From an uncultured Candidatus Saccharibacteria bacterium (GTDB taxonomy: Bacteria > Patescibacteriota > Minisyncoccia > Phycocordibacterales > Zambryskibacteraceae), in assembly GCA_964504255.1 (NCBI GenBank), contig CAZDDU010000002.1:60385-124384 (forward strand): 64,000 nucleotides of DNA, read 5' to 3'. Shown piece after piece: positions 1 through 9,170 of the stretch. The notes under the pieces were generated by a model. That model made no database searches. It was not told where the DNA came from and saw only the letters and a program-made list of their open reading frames with translations. The position numbers and the translations under genes were made by a program. Every line of letters begins with the position of its first letter. Position 1 is the stretch's first letter.

Positions 1-119
1 GGCACGGCTGGCGTTGAGCCCTTGGGACCAAGAGCCAGAATCATGAACGCCACGAGGACCCCGATGATCACCAGAACGATCATGACCTCAACGAGGGCAT
101 AGCCTTTGCTGTTCTGCAC
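1..119 (-). CDS. Type IV prepilin-like protein, N-terminus only (runs off window start)
   Basis: Manual translation from GTG at 119: MQNSKG|YALVEVMIVLVIIGVLVAFMILALGPKGSTPAV; class III signal peptide (G-1, E+5, hydrophobic helix); GGAG SD 5 nt upstream. Confidence 0.8.
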   Translation of the reverse strand, partial: MQNSKGYALVEVMIVLVIIGVLVAFMILALGPKGSTPAV

Positions 120-159
120 CTGTACTCCGTTGTTAGTGTGTTTGGGAACTTCCCTACTT

Positions 160-188
160 ATAATAGCACAATAGACACCTAGTGTCAA
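160..188 (-). promoter_or_regulatory. sigma70-type promoter for pilin-like gene
   Basis: TTGACA-17 nt-TATTAT on minus strand. Confidence 0.75.
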
Positions 189-191
189 GTT

Positions 192-797
192 TTATTTTGT
201 TCTATGGAGAAGAGCATTCTTGAGAGTATCTGGGTCGAGATATTCGAGCTCACTTCCTGTAGAGAGGCCTCTACCCAACTCAGAGAATTTGAGGCCTAAG
301 TCCTTGAAGTGATCTTTGATAAATATCGCAGTGTTCTCTCCCTCTGCATTGGCATTCATAGCGAGTATTACTTCTTTCAATACTTCTTTATTGTTAATTA
401 TTCTCTTTTTCAATTCATCGAGTCTAATTCTCTTCTCTGGCTCTTTCTCTAGTATTGGTACAGATCCACCGAGGATGAAGTAGTATCCCTTGTAGCTCCC
501 GCTCTTCTCTATCGCGTCGAAGTCCGCATCACGAGGGACTATCAAGATAAGCGATTTGTCACGATGAGTGTCGCTACACACATTGCATACAGGTTTGTCA
601 GAACCGTTACGAGCAAAGTAGCGTTTGCACTCTGTGCATTGAAGGGTCTCCTGCTTCAACTTCTCCACAGCGCGGACGAAAGACTCAACGGTACTTTTGT
701 CCCGAGAAAGTAGGTAGTAGACGAATCTCTTGGCCTGTCTAGGACCAATACCGGGGAAGTGGGCAAATATCTCTGCTAGAGTGTCTATCGAATTCAT
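192..797 (-). CDS. recR: Recombination mediator RecR
   Basis: PGIGPRQAKR HhH, C4 zinc finger (CTEC...CNVC), Toprim domain (EVILAMNANAEGENTA). Confidence 0.95.
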   Translation of the reverse strand: MNSIDTLAEIFAHFPGIGPRQAKRFVYYLLSRDKSTVESFVRAVEKLKQETLQCTECKRYFARNGSDKPVCNVCSDTHRDKSLILIVPRDADFDAIEKSGSYKGYYFILGGSVPILEKEPEKRIRLDELKKRIINNKEVLKEVILAMNANAEGENTAIFIKDHFKDLGLKFSELGRGLSTGSELEYLDPDTLKNALLHRTK

Positions 798-812
798 TCG
801 GCTATTCTAGCA

Positions 813-2228
813 TTAGAAACTTTTGAATTCTTCTTCGGCTTTGCCGTAGTTAGAGTAGTCAATCTCAACGAAGGTGTTGTTACGAGTGTGGTAGTCGAGA
901 ACAACCTCGCCTAGAGGGCCGTTTCTGTGCTTCGCGATAATTAGGCTCTTCCTCTGCACTTCCTTCATCTTGCCGGATTCGTCTCGGATACCGTCTTCGT
1001 CGGCGTGGATAAACATCACTAAGTCGGCGTCTTGCTCGATAGAACCTGAGTCACGGAGGTCAGAGAGCTTAGGTTTGCCACCACGAGTTTCGACTGCGCG
1101 CGAGAGCTGGGATAGTGCGAGGACAGGAATCTGGAGCTCACGAGCCATGTGCTTCAAGCCTCTCGAGATCTCGGTAATCTGCTGGACCATGTTGTCACCG
1201 GCACGAGCGTTCGTAGGTGCCATGAGTTGGAGGTAGTCAACGACTAGTAGTTGGAGACCCTTCTCAATCTTTAGCTTCCTTGCTGCAGAGCGCATCTTCA
1301 TAATGGTGTTACCAGACTGATCATCGATGTATATAGGGGTACGAGAGAGGTCATCTAGAGCAGTAGAAATGTTTTTGAATATGTCGTCGCGCCAAGAGCC
1401 TTGTTGTGTGCGCACTCCCTTTCGAATAACAGATGCATCAACCTTAGACTGTGCAGACACAATACGGTCAACGAGCTGGTCGGCACTCATTTCGAGAGAG
1501 AAGATTCCAATAGGGGTCTGGTGGAGACTCGCTGTTCTTCTCGCGACATCGAGGGCGAAGGCCGTCTTACCCACAGATGGGCGAGCCGCGAGGATGATGA
1601 GGTCCGACTTCTGGAAGCCACCAAGAATATCGTCTAGGGACTTGAATCCCGTAGGTACTCCGCGAAGCTCGTGCTCGGCGGAAGAAAGTTTGTCGAATCT
1701 CTCGAATGCTTCTTGAAGGAGGGGAGTAAGGTCTTTGAAGTTCTCGGTAGAGGAGAAGTGCTGAGTGATGTCGAAGATTTTCTTCTCTGCTTGGTCAAGA
1801 ATATTCTCTAGCTCACCAGCTTCGTTGAAGCCGAGGTGCGAGATGTACTCAGACGCATCAATGAGCTCGCGCATCATGAACTTCTTCCTCACTATCTCTG
1901 CATAATGCTTGATGTTTGCAGAAGAGGGTACGGTGGTGGTGAGTTCAGTCAGGAAGCTTGCACCTCCGACTCTCTCGAGTAGCCCCTTCTCCTTAAGCTT
2001 CGAAGAAAGAGAGAGTATGTCTATTGGCTCACGCTTCGCGAAGAGCTCGAGCATGGCCTCGAATATGGTGCGGTGCTTCTCGAAGTAGAAGGATGCAGGA
2101 CTCGAGATATCCATGATCTCGTAGATGGCGTCAGGCCTGAGCATGACAGAACCGAGGAGAGCCATCTCAGCTTCTAGGTTGTGTGGAGGGACGCGAATCT
2201 TCAAACTCGCTAACGGTGATTCTTGCAT
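813..2228 (-). CDS. dnaB: Replicative DNA helicase
   Basis: PPHNLEAE N-terminus, Walker A AARPSVGKT, VDYLQL, LSQLSR, DLRDSGSIEQDAD, IAKHRNGP. Confidence 0.98.
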   Translation of the reverse strand: MQESPLASLKIRVPPHNLEAEMALLGSVMLRPDAIYEIMDISSPASFYFEKHRTIFEAMLELFAKREPIDILSLSSKLKEKGLLERVGGASFLTELTTTVPSSANIKHYAEIVRKKFMMRELIDASEYISHLGFNEAGELENILDQAEKKIFDITQHFSSTENFKDLTPLLQEAFERFDKLSSAEHELRGVPTGFKSLDDILGGFQKSDLIILAARPSVGKTAFALDVARRTASLHQTPIGIFSLEMSADQLVDRIVSAQSKVDASVIRKGVRTQQGSWRDDIFKNISTALDDLSRTPIYIDDQSGNTIMKMRSAARKLKIEKGLQLLVVDYLQLMAPTNARAGDNMVQQITEISRGLKHMARELQIPVLALSQLSRAVETRGGKPKLSDLRDSGSIEQDADLVMFIHADEDGIRDESGKMKEVQRKSLIIAKHRNGPLGEVVLDYHTRNNTFVEIDYSNYGKAEEEFKSF

Positions 2229-2311
2229 GTGTGTATTCTACCCCTTCTACTATCTCTAGGTAAACGCCTCAAAAGTGGAGAAGCGGTGCGTAAGATGTGT
2301 ATAATTATGAG

Positions 2312-2776
2312 ATGACAGGAATCCATGAAAATATGTTAAATAGCATTACATCAGAATACCCAACAGAGGTAGAAAAGATGAAGGGATACGAGAAGCTAAA
2401 GCCAGAGATATCGAAGGCAGAACTACAGGCTCTTTGCGAGGGGGACGAAGGACTAACTGAACTCTTCGACGACATGATTGAGTATTTCTACAGATATACA
2501 GCAGATGTTTGTGCTCAAGAGAGTTTAAAGCAGGAAAAAGATGGAATTCAAAAGAATATGGAGGAGATACGTGCCCTTGAGGCGCCAAGAGGTGCCCTAC
2601 ATGACGCAATGATTGATTCGGTAAAGATACTGGTCAGAAATATGGTTAGAAAAGGAAAGGATGTGAGTTGGTATCAAAATATTGACAAAAAGGGTCGTAT
2701 AGGTTATGGTAATTGGGCTCTTTTGATCACTTTCTCAGATATTCTCGAACGAAACCAGAGCCAGGAGTCCCAGTGA
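2312..2776 (+). CDS. Hypothetical helical protein, DUF3232-like
   Basis: ATG at 2312 lies 6 nt after TATAAT; motif RGALHDAMIDSVKILVR...W...GRIGYGNWAL resembles DUF3232 (recalled, not searched). Confidence 0.55.
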   Translation: MTGIHENMLNSITSEYPTEVEKMKGYEKLKPEISKAELQALCEGDEGLTELFDDMIEYFYRYTADVCAQESLKQEKDGIQKNMEEIRALEAPRGALHDAMIDSVKILVRNMVRKGKDVSWYQNIDKKGRIGYGNWALLITFSDILERNQSQESQ

Positions 2777-2961
2777 CGCAGGAGAAGCTCGATCGTAGGG
2801 CTGTGATCCTGCATTATGCAGGGATTGCGGCCAAGGAGATGCTTGAGAAGAATCTGGTGAAGCGCGCAGACATCAAATCTGAAAGGAAGGAGATAGAGGA
2901 GTCGCTCAAGATGACTCCTGAAGAAATCCTTTTCGAGGCGACGAACCTGACGCAAAGGTGA
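2773..2961 (+). CDS. Small hypothetical protein (62 aa)
   Basis: GTG overlaps upstream stop (GTGA), AGGAG 5 nt upstream, terminator hairpin follows. Confidence 0.55.
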   Translation: MTQEKLDRRAVILHYAGIAAKEMLEKNLVKRADIKSERKEIEESLKMTPEEILFEATNLTQR

Positions 2962-2967
2962 TGTATG

Positions 2968-2999
2968 GGCTCTCCGATATTCGGGGAGCCTATTTCTTT
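2968..2999 (+). terminator. Intrinsic terminator
   Basis: ggctctccga-tat-tcggggagcc followed by tatttcttt. Confidence 0.7.
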
Positions 3000-3014
3000 G
3001 ATATAATTTTGAAC

Positions 3015-5663
3015 ATGTCAGAAACAATTCGTTTTAATACTGTAGAGGAAGAGCTTTCCTACCTTCGCTCGAAGGTAGAGTCGTATAAGGAGAATCCACT
3101 TGAGGTTAAGCGTACTATTTTAAACACTCACCAAGAGCTCCCAGTGCAAGCGAGGAACACCCAAGATGTTAAACAGAGCTTAGATACTTTCTCAAACAAG
3201 CCCGCAGACTCGCAGCTGGACCACATGATGGATGTAAGCCGGACTAAGGGTGTGATGCATGCACTCTCTGTAGCGGAGAAGCTCGAGGATTGGAAGCATG
3301 AAGACGACTTCCATGACTACCTAGTCGAGCTGGTTCGTGGCGGCTTCAGGCCAAGAGATGTGAAGGAGAGTGGGCCTATGTATCGCGCACTCAATATGAC
3401 CCTCTTTGAGATACAAATGCCGGACACAGGTACCGACGGCACGAAGGATAGAGACTTGAAGTCGGTCATCTCCTCGATGGAGCAGTTCTATGCTGGGATG
3501 ATCTCGGTGTCCGAGGAGGCTACAAGAGGTAAGAACTATTTTGTACTTGAAGTGGCCAATAGCGAGGGGAGTGAGGAAGCCAACTTTTTCGTCTCGGTAC
3601 CGAATGAGAAGAGGGACTTATTCGAGAAGCATCTTAGATCCGTATTTCCTAATGTGAGACTAGTAGAGAGGAGTAGGGATTACAACATCTTCTCCGAGCA
3701 CGCTGTCACCGCCGGAGCTGTAGCAGAGCTGAATCAACCTAGTGCGTACCCGCTCAAAACCTATGAGGAGTTTGACCATGACCCACTGAGCTCGCTCCTA
3801 CAATCTTTTTCGAAGATTCCTAGAGACGGCTCAGGTGCAGCGCTGCAAATAATATTTAACCCACAAGGAGATGCTTATACCAAGAAGTATACCTTCGCGA
3901 AGAAGCGAATAGAGAAGGGTCATAGAGCAGGGGACATCTTGGCCGAAAGGTCTTTAATGGGCGAGTTTGTGCACGGACTGTCAGAACTCTTCGGTGGTAG
4001 GAAAATTGACGCGACCAAGGTAGATGCAGAGGCGCTCAAGAATATTGATAAGAAGCTCATGAGCCCTATTGTGGCGACAAGTATTCGCATCGCTGTCTCG
4101 GCACAAAATGAGAAGGAGGCTAAAAGTATTGTGTCGAGCATTGCGTCCTCCTTCAACCAGTTTGAATTGCCAAATGTAAATAGGCTTAATTGGCGCGAGG
4201 CCAAGGGCAAGAAGTTCTACAGGAACTTCACCTTCCGACTTTGGGATGATACGGAGATAATGCCACTTAACCTGAAGGAGCTCACAGGACTACTCCACTT
4301 CCATACCACCTCACTCTCATCTAGTGCTCAACTCAAAACCTCTAAGTCTTCAGAAGCTCAGGCACCCCTCTCAATGTCCTCAGGTGGTACAGTGCTCGGT
4401 ACAAACCACTTCCAAGGACACGATAGAACTGTACACATCAGTTACGAAGATAGGCTGCGTCACATATACACTATTGGTCAGACAGGCACCGGTAAGTCGA
4501 CTCTGCTTAAGAATATTATTATCCAAGACATCAAGGCAGGGAATGGCGTATGTATGATCGATCCGCACGGTCAAGATGTGCAGGATGTCCTTGCTAGCAT
4601 CCCTAGAGAGAGGATGGACGATGTGATCTACTTCGACCCAGCATCGACAGATAGACCAATGGCCCTAAACATGCTCGAGTACGATAATGACAAGCCAGAG
4701 CAGAAGACCTTCGTGGTGAACGAACTTTTCAGCATCTTCCAGAAGCTCTATGGCAAGGTGCCAGAGAGTATGGGACCAATGTTCGAACAGTACTTCAGGA
4801 ATGCGACTATGCTAGTTATCGACGACCCATCTAGTGGCTCGACCTTGCTCGATGTATCAAGAGTACTCTCTAATAAGGAGTTTCGAACTATGAAGCTAGA
4901 GAAGTGTACTAACCCAGTAGTTCTACAATTCTGGCGTGAAGTAGCGGATAAGGCTGGTGGAGAAGCGGCGCTAGCTAATATCGTGCCTTACATCACCTCG
5001 AAGTTTGACGTCTTCCTAGCGAACGACATCATGCGTCCGATCATTGCTCAGGAAAAATCCTCAATAAACTTCCGAGAGATAATGGATAGTAGGAAGATCT
5101 TGCTTGTTAACTTGTCGAAGGGGAGACTTGGTGATGTGAATGCTAATTTGATTGGTCTCATCCTCGTTGGAAAGATTCTTATGGCGGCACTTTCAAGGTC
5201 TGGTTCTACGGGCTTCCCACCCTTCTACCTACACATAGACGAGTTCCAGAATATTACTACCGACTCTATCGCGACCATTCTCTCTGAGGCTCGCAAATAT
5301 AAGCTCTCTCTCACTGTTGCGCACCAGTTCATCGCTCAGCTGGAGGAGAATATTAAGAACGCAGTCTTCGGCAACGTTGGATCTATCATTGCCTTCCGAG
5401 TAGGAGCAGACGATGCAGAGTACTTAGAGAAACAGTTTACCCCAGTCTTCTCCGCCAAGGACCTTATGAATATTGATAACAGAAATGCGTTCTTGAAGTT
5501 ACTCGTTGATGGCAGACCAGAGAAGCCATTCTCCATGGAGACTCTTGCTCCTAGTGAGGGCAACAGAGAATTGATAGATATCTTGAGTGAAAGGACCAAG
5601 CTGAAGTACGGCAGAAATAGGGAAGAGGTGGAGAAAGAAATCCTTGCCAAATACGGCGCTTAA
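3015..5663 (+). CDS. VirD4/TraG/TrwB-like type IV secretion ATPase with long N-terminal domain
   Basis: Walker A GQTGTGKST, IDPHG, Walker B LHIDEFQN, EARKYKLSLTVAHQ; ATG at 3015 is 7 nt after TATAAT. Confidence 0.85.
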   Translation: MSETIRFNTVEEELSYLRSKVESYKENPLEVKRTILNTHQELPVQARNTQDVKQSLDTFSNKPADSQLDHMMDVSRTKGVMHALSVAEKLEDWKHEDDFHDYLVELVRGGFRPRDVKESGPMYRALNMTLFEIQMPDTGTDGTKDRDLKSVISSMEQFYAGMISVSEEATRGKNYFVLEVANSEGSEEANFFVSVPNEKRDLFEKHLRSVFPNVRLVERSRDYNIFSEHAVTAGAVAELNQPSAYPLKTYEEFDHDPLSSLLQSFSKIPRDGSGAALQIIFNPQGDAYTKKYTFAKKRIEKGHRAGDILAERSLMGEFVHGLSELFGGRKIDATKVDAEALKNIDKKLMSPIVATSIRIAVSAQNEKEAKSIVSSIASSFNQFELPNVNRLNWREAKGKKFYRNFTFRLWDDTEIMPLNLKELTGLLHFHTTSLSSSAQLKTSKSSEAQAPLSMSSGGTVLGTNHFQGHDRTVHISYEDRLRHIYTIGQTGTGKSTLLKNIIIQDIKAGNGVCMIDPHGQDVQDVLASIPRERMDDVIYFDPASTDRPMALNMLEYDNDKPEQKTFVVNELFSIFQKLYGKVPESMGPMFEQYFRNATMLVIDDPSSGSTLLDVSRVLSNKEFRTMKLEKCTNPVVLQFWREVADKAGGEAALANIVPYITSKFDVFLANDIMRPIIAQEKSSINFREIMDSRKILLVNLSKGRLGDVNANLIGLILVGKILMAALSRSGSTGFPPFYLHIDEFQNITTDSIATILSEARKYKLSLTVAHQFIAQLEENIKNAVFGNVGSIIAFRVGADDAEYLEKQFTPVFSAKDLMNIDNRNAFLKLLVDGRPEKPFSMETLAPSEGNRELIDILSERTKLKYGRNREEVEKEILAKYGA

Positions 5664-5681
5664 ACTTAGCTCCCTTTGTGC

Positions 5682-5710
5682 TTGACAAACAAAGTATTCT
5701 ATGCTACCTT
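5682..5710 (+). promoter_or_regulatory. sigma70-type promoter for 67-aa ORF
   Basis: TTGACA-17 nt-TACCTT with TGn extension. Confidence 0.65.
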
Positions 5711-5757
5711 GAAAAAAGATAGCACCTCACTCGCGTACTCGTCTCGGAGTCAATCGT

Positions 5758-5961
5758 ATGTCCAAGACCACCCAAATTGTCACCTGTTCGATCCTGCTTG
5801 GTCTCAGTCTTGTTCTGGTAGGTGTCGTAGCTTTCTCGGATACGTTGGACCACTATCGACACATTGGGCTGATTTTCTTCGGCAGTATCTGCGCGGGAGC
5901 GATCTCCGCGGTTCAACTCAGAATCCTCATCGAGGATCCAAACGATAACTGTGTCGAGTAG
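5758..5961 (+). CDS. Small two-TM membrane protein (ORFan cassette)
   Basis: 67 aa, two hydrophobic stretches, GGAG SD, own promoter and terminator. Confidence 0.7.
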   Translation: MSKTTQIVTCSILLGLSLVLVGVVAFSDTLDHYRHIGLIFFGSICAGAISAVQLRILIEDPNDNCVE

Positions 5962-5973
5962 TCAAGAAGTAAC

Positions 5974-6022
5974 GCCCCGTGGGTGCACGACGAAAGTCTT
6001 GCATTCGCGGGGCTTTCTATTT
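5974..6022 (+). terminator. Long hairpin terminator with GAAA tetraloop
   Basis: 18-bp stem (17 pairs including three G-U) gccccgtgggtgcacgac-gaaa-gtcttgcattcgcggggc followed by tttctattt. Confidence 0.7.
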
Positions 6023-7409
6023 ACACCTTTGAAATTTTTGTACCCATAACTGTGTCCTCAATTTTATATCCCAAGTTGTTTATTTTTGAGCGAAGTTCAT
6101 CAGATTCTGCAAAATTTTTGGTATTTTTTGCTTCAATGTATTGGTTGAGTAGTTGATTTATCTCGTCAGATAGATATTCTGATACTTTCATGTCATCTGC
6201 AAGGTTTAAGCCAAGTACTTTATCAAAATTTAAAATAGTGTTTTGCTTAACGTCATCATTCATTGATTCTTCTTTGACAAGTTGCCACAAAACCGATAAT
6301 GCTTCTGGGGTATTTAGGTCATTTTCAATAGCAATTGTGAATTCATCCATATAACTATTTGATATTTCATTAGATCTGATTTGACCACCATTTATAAAAA
6401 CTTTTCTACTCATGAAACTTCTTAGTTTTGAGTAAGCATTTTCGGCAGCTTCTAGTGCCTCCCAAGAGAAGTTAGTTGGAGTGCGGTAGTGGGAGAGAAG
6501 GAGGAAGTAGCGATAGGCGAGAGGAGAGAAGCCTTTCTCTACAATGTCTTTAAGCTTGATGATGTTACCATCACTCTTGGCCATCTTGGAGCCGTCGAGT
6601 ATGACGAACTCGTTGTGGAGCCAAACGCGAGCAAACTCACATCCACATGCTGCCTCGCTCTGTGCTATCTCGTTGTTGTGATGTATTGGAGCGAGGTCGG
6701 TGCCACCAGTGTGGATGTCGAAGGTTTTGCCTAAATACTTTTGACTCATAGCAGAGCACTCTATATGCCAACCGGGGAAGCCGTGACCCCAAGGAGCTTC
6801 GTACCCAAGTTCGGTATTAAATTTCCAAAGAGAGAAGTCTCTTTGATTTCTTTTCTCACTTTTCTCTCCGATTCTCGACTCAGTAGTGCCGCCGATACCA
6901 CCAAGCTTCCCATAATGTGGATCCTTAGATGTATCAAAGTAAAGTCCATCAGAAGTTGCGTAAACAAAACCCTTCTCGTCCAAAGTCTTAATAAGCTCAA
7001 CGTCCTCCTTGATGTGCTCTGACGCCTTGGGTAAGTGGTGTGGCGGGAGGATGTTTAAACTGAGTGTATCCCCCTTGAACCTCTCTGTGTAAAAGTCTGC
7101 AAGCTCTTGCATGGCCTCCATGGTCAAGGATTTGCCCTCTCGCTTAAGAGCCTTGGTCATCTTGTCTTCACCATCATCACCGTCGCCTGAGAGATGACCA
7201 ATGTCGGTGATGTTTATCACCTGGGTCACTTTGAGGTTAGTGTACTCGAAGTATCGCCTCACTAGGTCGGCTAGGATAAATGAGCGGAGGTTACCAATGT
7301 GCACAAAGTCGTATACTGTGGGGCCACAATGATACATCTTAACCTCACCATCATTAAGAGGTACGAATGGCTCGACCTTGTTGGTAAGCGAATTATGGAA
7401 GGAAATCAT
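6021..7409 (-). CDS. cysS: Cysteine-tRNA ligase
   Basis: CGPTVY, HIGN, PGWHIECSAM, KMAKS; start placed at ATG 7409 (MISFHNS), 7 nt after TATACT. Confidence 0.97.
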   Translation of the reverse strand: MISFHNSLTNKVEPFVPLNDGEVKMYHCGPTVYDFVHIGNLRSFILADLVRRYFEYTNLKVTQVINITDIGHLSGDGDDGEDKMTKALKREGKSLTMEAMQELADFYTERFKGDTLSLNILPPHHLPKASEHIKEDVELIKTLDEKGFVYATSDGLYFDTSKDPHYGKLGGIGGTTESRIGEKSEKRNQRDFSLWKFNTELGYEAPWGHGFPGWHIECSAMSQKYLGKTFDIHTGGTDLAPIHHNNEIAQSEAACGCEFARVWLHNEFVILDGSKMAKSDGNIIKLKDIVEKGFSPLAYRYFLLLSHYRTPTNFSWEALEAAENAYSKLRSFMSRKVFINGGQIRSNEISNSYMDEFTIAIENDLNTPEALSVLWQLVKEESMNDDVKQNTILNFDKVLGLNLADDMKVSEYLSDEINQLLNQYIEAKNTKNFAESDELRSKINNLGYKIEDTVMGTKISKV

Positions 7410-7431
7410 TATTGCTAGTATAATAGTCAGA

Positions 7432-8664
7432 ATGGATTTAGGAAAGATGTCACGACCCACTATAGTAGCTTTCGTATTAGTTGCCTTGCTCTCCTTTCAA
7501 GTTGGTTACAAGCGGGGAGAGAGCGTAACTCTCATTAGTAATGTAAAGAGTGGACTAGCTAATATTGAAGATGGTCAGCCAACGACTGTAGACTTCGCGC
7601 CCTTCTGGAAGGCGTGGTCGATAGTTAATAAGGACTTCGTGCCCACAGGCACCTCTACGAAGATTGCGACAGATCAAGATAAGGTATGGGGCGCTATAGA
7701 GGGCATGGTCGCATCACTCGACGATCCTTATACAGTCTTCTTCCCACCAGTGGAGTCGAAGCAATTTGCGTCGGACATCAAAGGTAGCTTCAGTGGTGTG
7801 GGTATGGAGGTTGGCCAGGAAGATGGGATCATCACTGTTATCTCACCACTCAAGGGCTCTCCTGCAGAGGCTGCAGGACTTCGACCTGGGGATAAGATTC
7901 TTAAGGTTGATGACAAGGATGTGACCAAACTGACTGTTGAGGAAGCAGTAACTTACATCAGAGGTCCTGAAGGTACGACTGTAACTATCAATGTCTTTAG
8001 ACAGGGCAAGACTGCGCCGTTCGATATCAAGGTGGTAAGACAGATCATCAATGTCCCAGTTATTAATACTGAAGAGCTTGATGGGGGGATATTTAGAATC
8101 TCACTATACAGCTTCACTGAAAACTCTGCGGTGCTCTTCCGCTCAGCACTCCGCGAATTCATCGAGTCTGACAGTGACAAACTACTTCTGGATCTACGAG
8201 GTAACCCAGGTGGGTACCTAGAGACCGCAGTTGATATGGCATCTTGGTTCCTGCCATCTGGAACTCCAGTTATTCGTGAGGATAAGGGAGAGGGCAAGGA
8301 GGAGAATGTCTATCGCTCTAAGGGTTATGACATATTCAACAATGGTCTCAAGATGGCGATATTGGTCGACGCTGGTTCTGCATCTGCGTCAGAGATCCTT
8401 GCTGGCGCACTCTCTGAACACGGCATAGCGACTCTCATAGGCGACACCACCTTCGGTAAGGGGTCAGTACAAGAGCTCTTGCCAGTAACCAAGGACACAT
8501 CTATCAAGGTCACTATCGCTCGTTGGCTTACTCCAAACGGTAACTCAATATCAAAGCAGGGTATAACACCAAAGATCATTATCAAGAGAACTGAGGAGGA
8601 TATTAAGTCTGGTCGAGATAGGCAACTCGAGCGCGCAGTTGAATTCCTAAAGACTGGGAAGTGA
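7432..8664 (+). CDS. ctpA: C-terminal processing peptidase, S41A (PDZ plus Ser-Lys dyad)
   Basis: SLDDPYT, PDZ SGVGMEV, DLRGNPGGYL, SASASEILAG, TFGKGSVQ. Confidence 0.93.
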   Translation: MDLGKMSRPTIVAFVLVALLSFQVGYKRGESVTLISNVKSGLANIEDGQPTTVDFAPFWKAWSIVNKDFVPTGTSTKIATDQDKVWGAIEGMVASLDDPYTVFFPPVESKQFASDIKGSFSGVGMEVGQEDGIITVISPLKGSPAEAAGLRPGDKILKVDDKDVTKLTVEEAVTYIRGPEGTTVTINVFRQGKTAPFDIKVVRQIINVPVINTEELDGGIFRISLYSFTENSAVLFRSALREFIESDSDKLLLDLRGNPGGYLETAVDMASWFLPSGTPVIREDKGEGKEENVYRSKGYDIFNNGLKMAILVDAGSASASEILAGALSEHGIATLIGDTTFGKGSVQELLPVTKDTSIKVTIARWLTPNGNSISKQGITPKIIIKRTEEDIKSGRDRQLERAVEFLKTGK

Positions 8665-8685
8665 TTCGACAAGCTCATCATAAAT
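8665..8685 (+). repeat. Short REP-like repeat, copy 1
   Basis: ttcgacaagctcatcataaat; 19/21 identical to minus-strand copy at 43812-43832. Confidence 0.6.
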
Positions 8686-8693
8686 AGAACAAA

Positions 8694-9134
8694 ATGAAAG
8701 TAATCTTACTCAAAGATATTAAGGGGGTGGGGAAGAGGTATGAGGAGAAGAATGTTAGTGACGGCTACGCCGAGAACTTCTTAATACCCAAGAAGTTGGC
8801 CATACCAGCTACAGGTAGTGCAGCAGCTAATATCAAGAATTTGAAAGAGAATGATACCAAGCACCGAGAGGCTGATGAGAAGAAGTTAGAGGCAGAGATT
8901 CAGAAGCTCACCAACACTACAGTCGAGGTGAAGGCTAGAGCTAACGAGAAGAACAGCCTCTTCGCAGCACTCACAGCTCCGAGGATCTCAAAACTACTTA
9001 TGGAGAAGGGGATAGAGGTAAGTGCACAAAGTATCTTGGTTGATAGTGGTATTAAGGAGTTAGGTACTCACAATATAAAGGTGAAAGTAGGATCCAAAGA
9101 AACTCACTTCGTGCTTGTTGTTAAGGGAGAATAA
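8694..9134 (+). CDS. rplI: 50S ribosomal protein L9
   Basis: [15 protein letters not shown]...[16 protein letters not shown]. Confidence 0.97.
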   Translation: MKVILLKDIKGVGKRYEEKNVSDGYAENFLIPKKLAIPATGSAAANIKNLKENDTKHREADEKKLEAEIQKLTNTTVEVKARANEKNSLFAALTAPRISKLLMEKGIEVSAQSILVDSGIKELGTHNIKVKVGSKETHFVLVVKGE

Positions 9135-9140
9135 AAGAAA

Positions 9141-9170
9141 ATAGCCACCCAATCGAACTGGTGTGGCTAT
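9141..9170. terminator. Terminator between convergent rplI and Zn-ribbon ORF
   Basis: atagccac...gtggctat inverted repeat with A-tract on the left. Confidence 0.6.

Noticed and set aside
7410-7460. Head-to-head overlap of cysS and ctpA in the ORF track
   Set aside because: Re-called starts (7409 and 7432) leave a 22-nt gap holding back-to-back -10 boxes.
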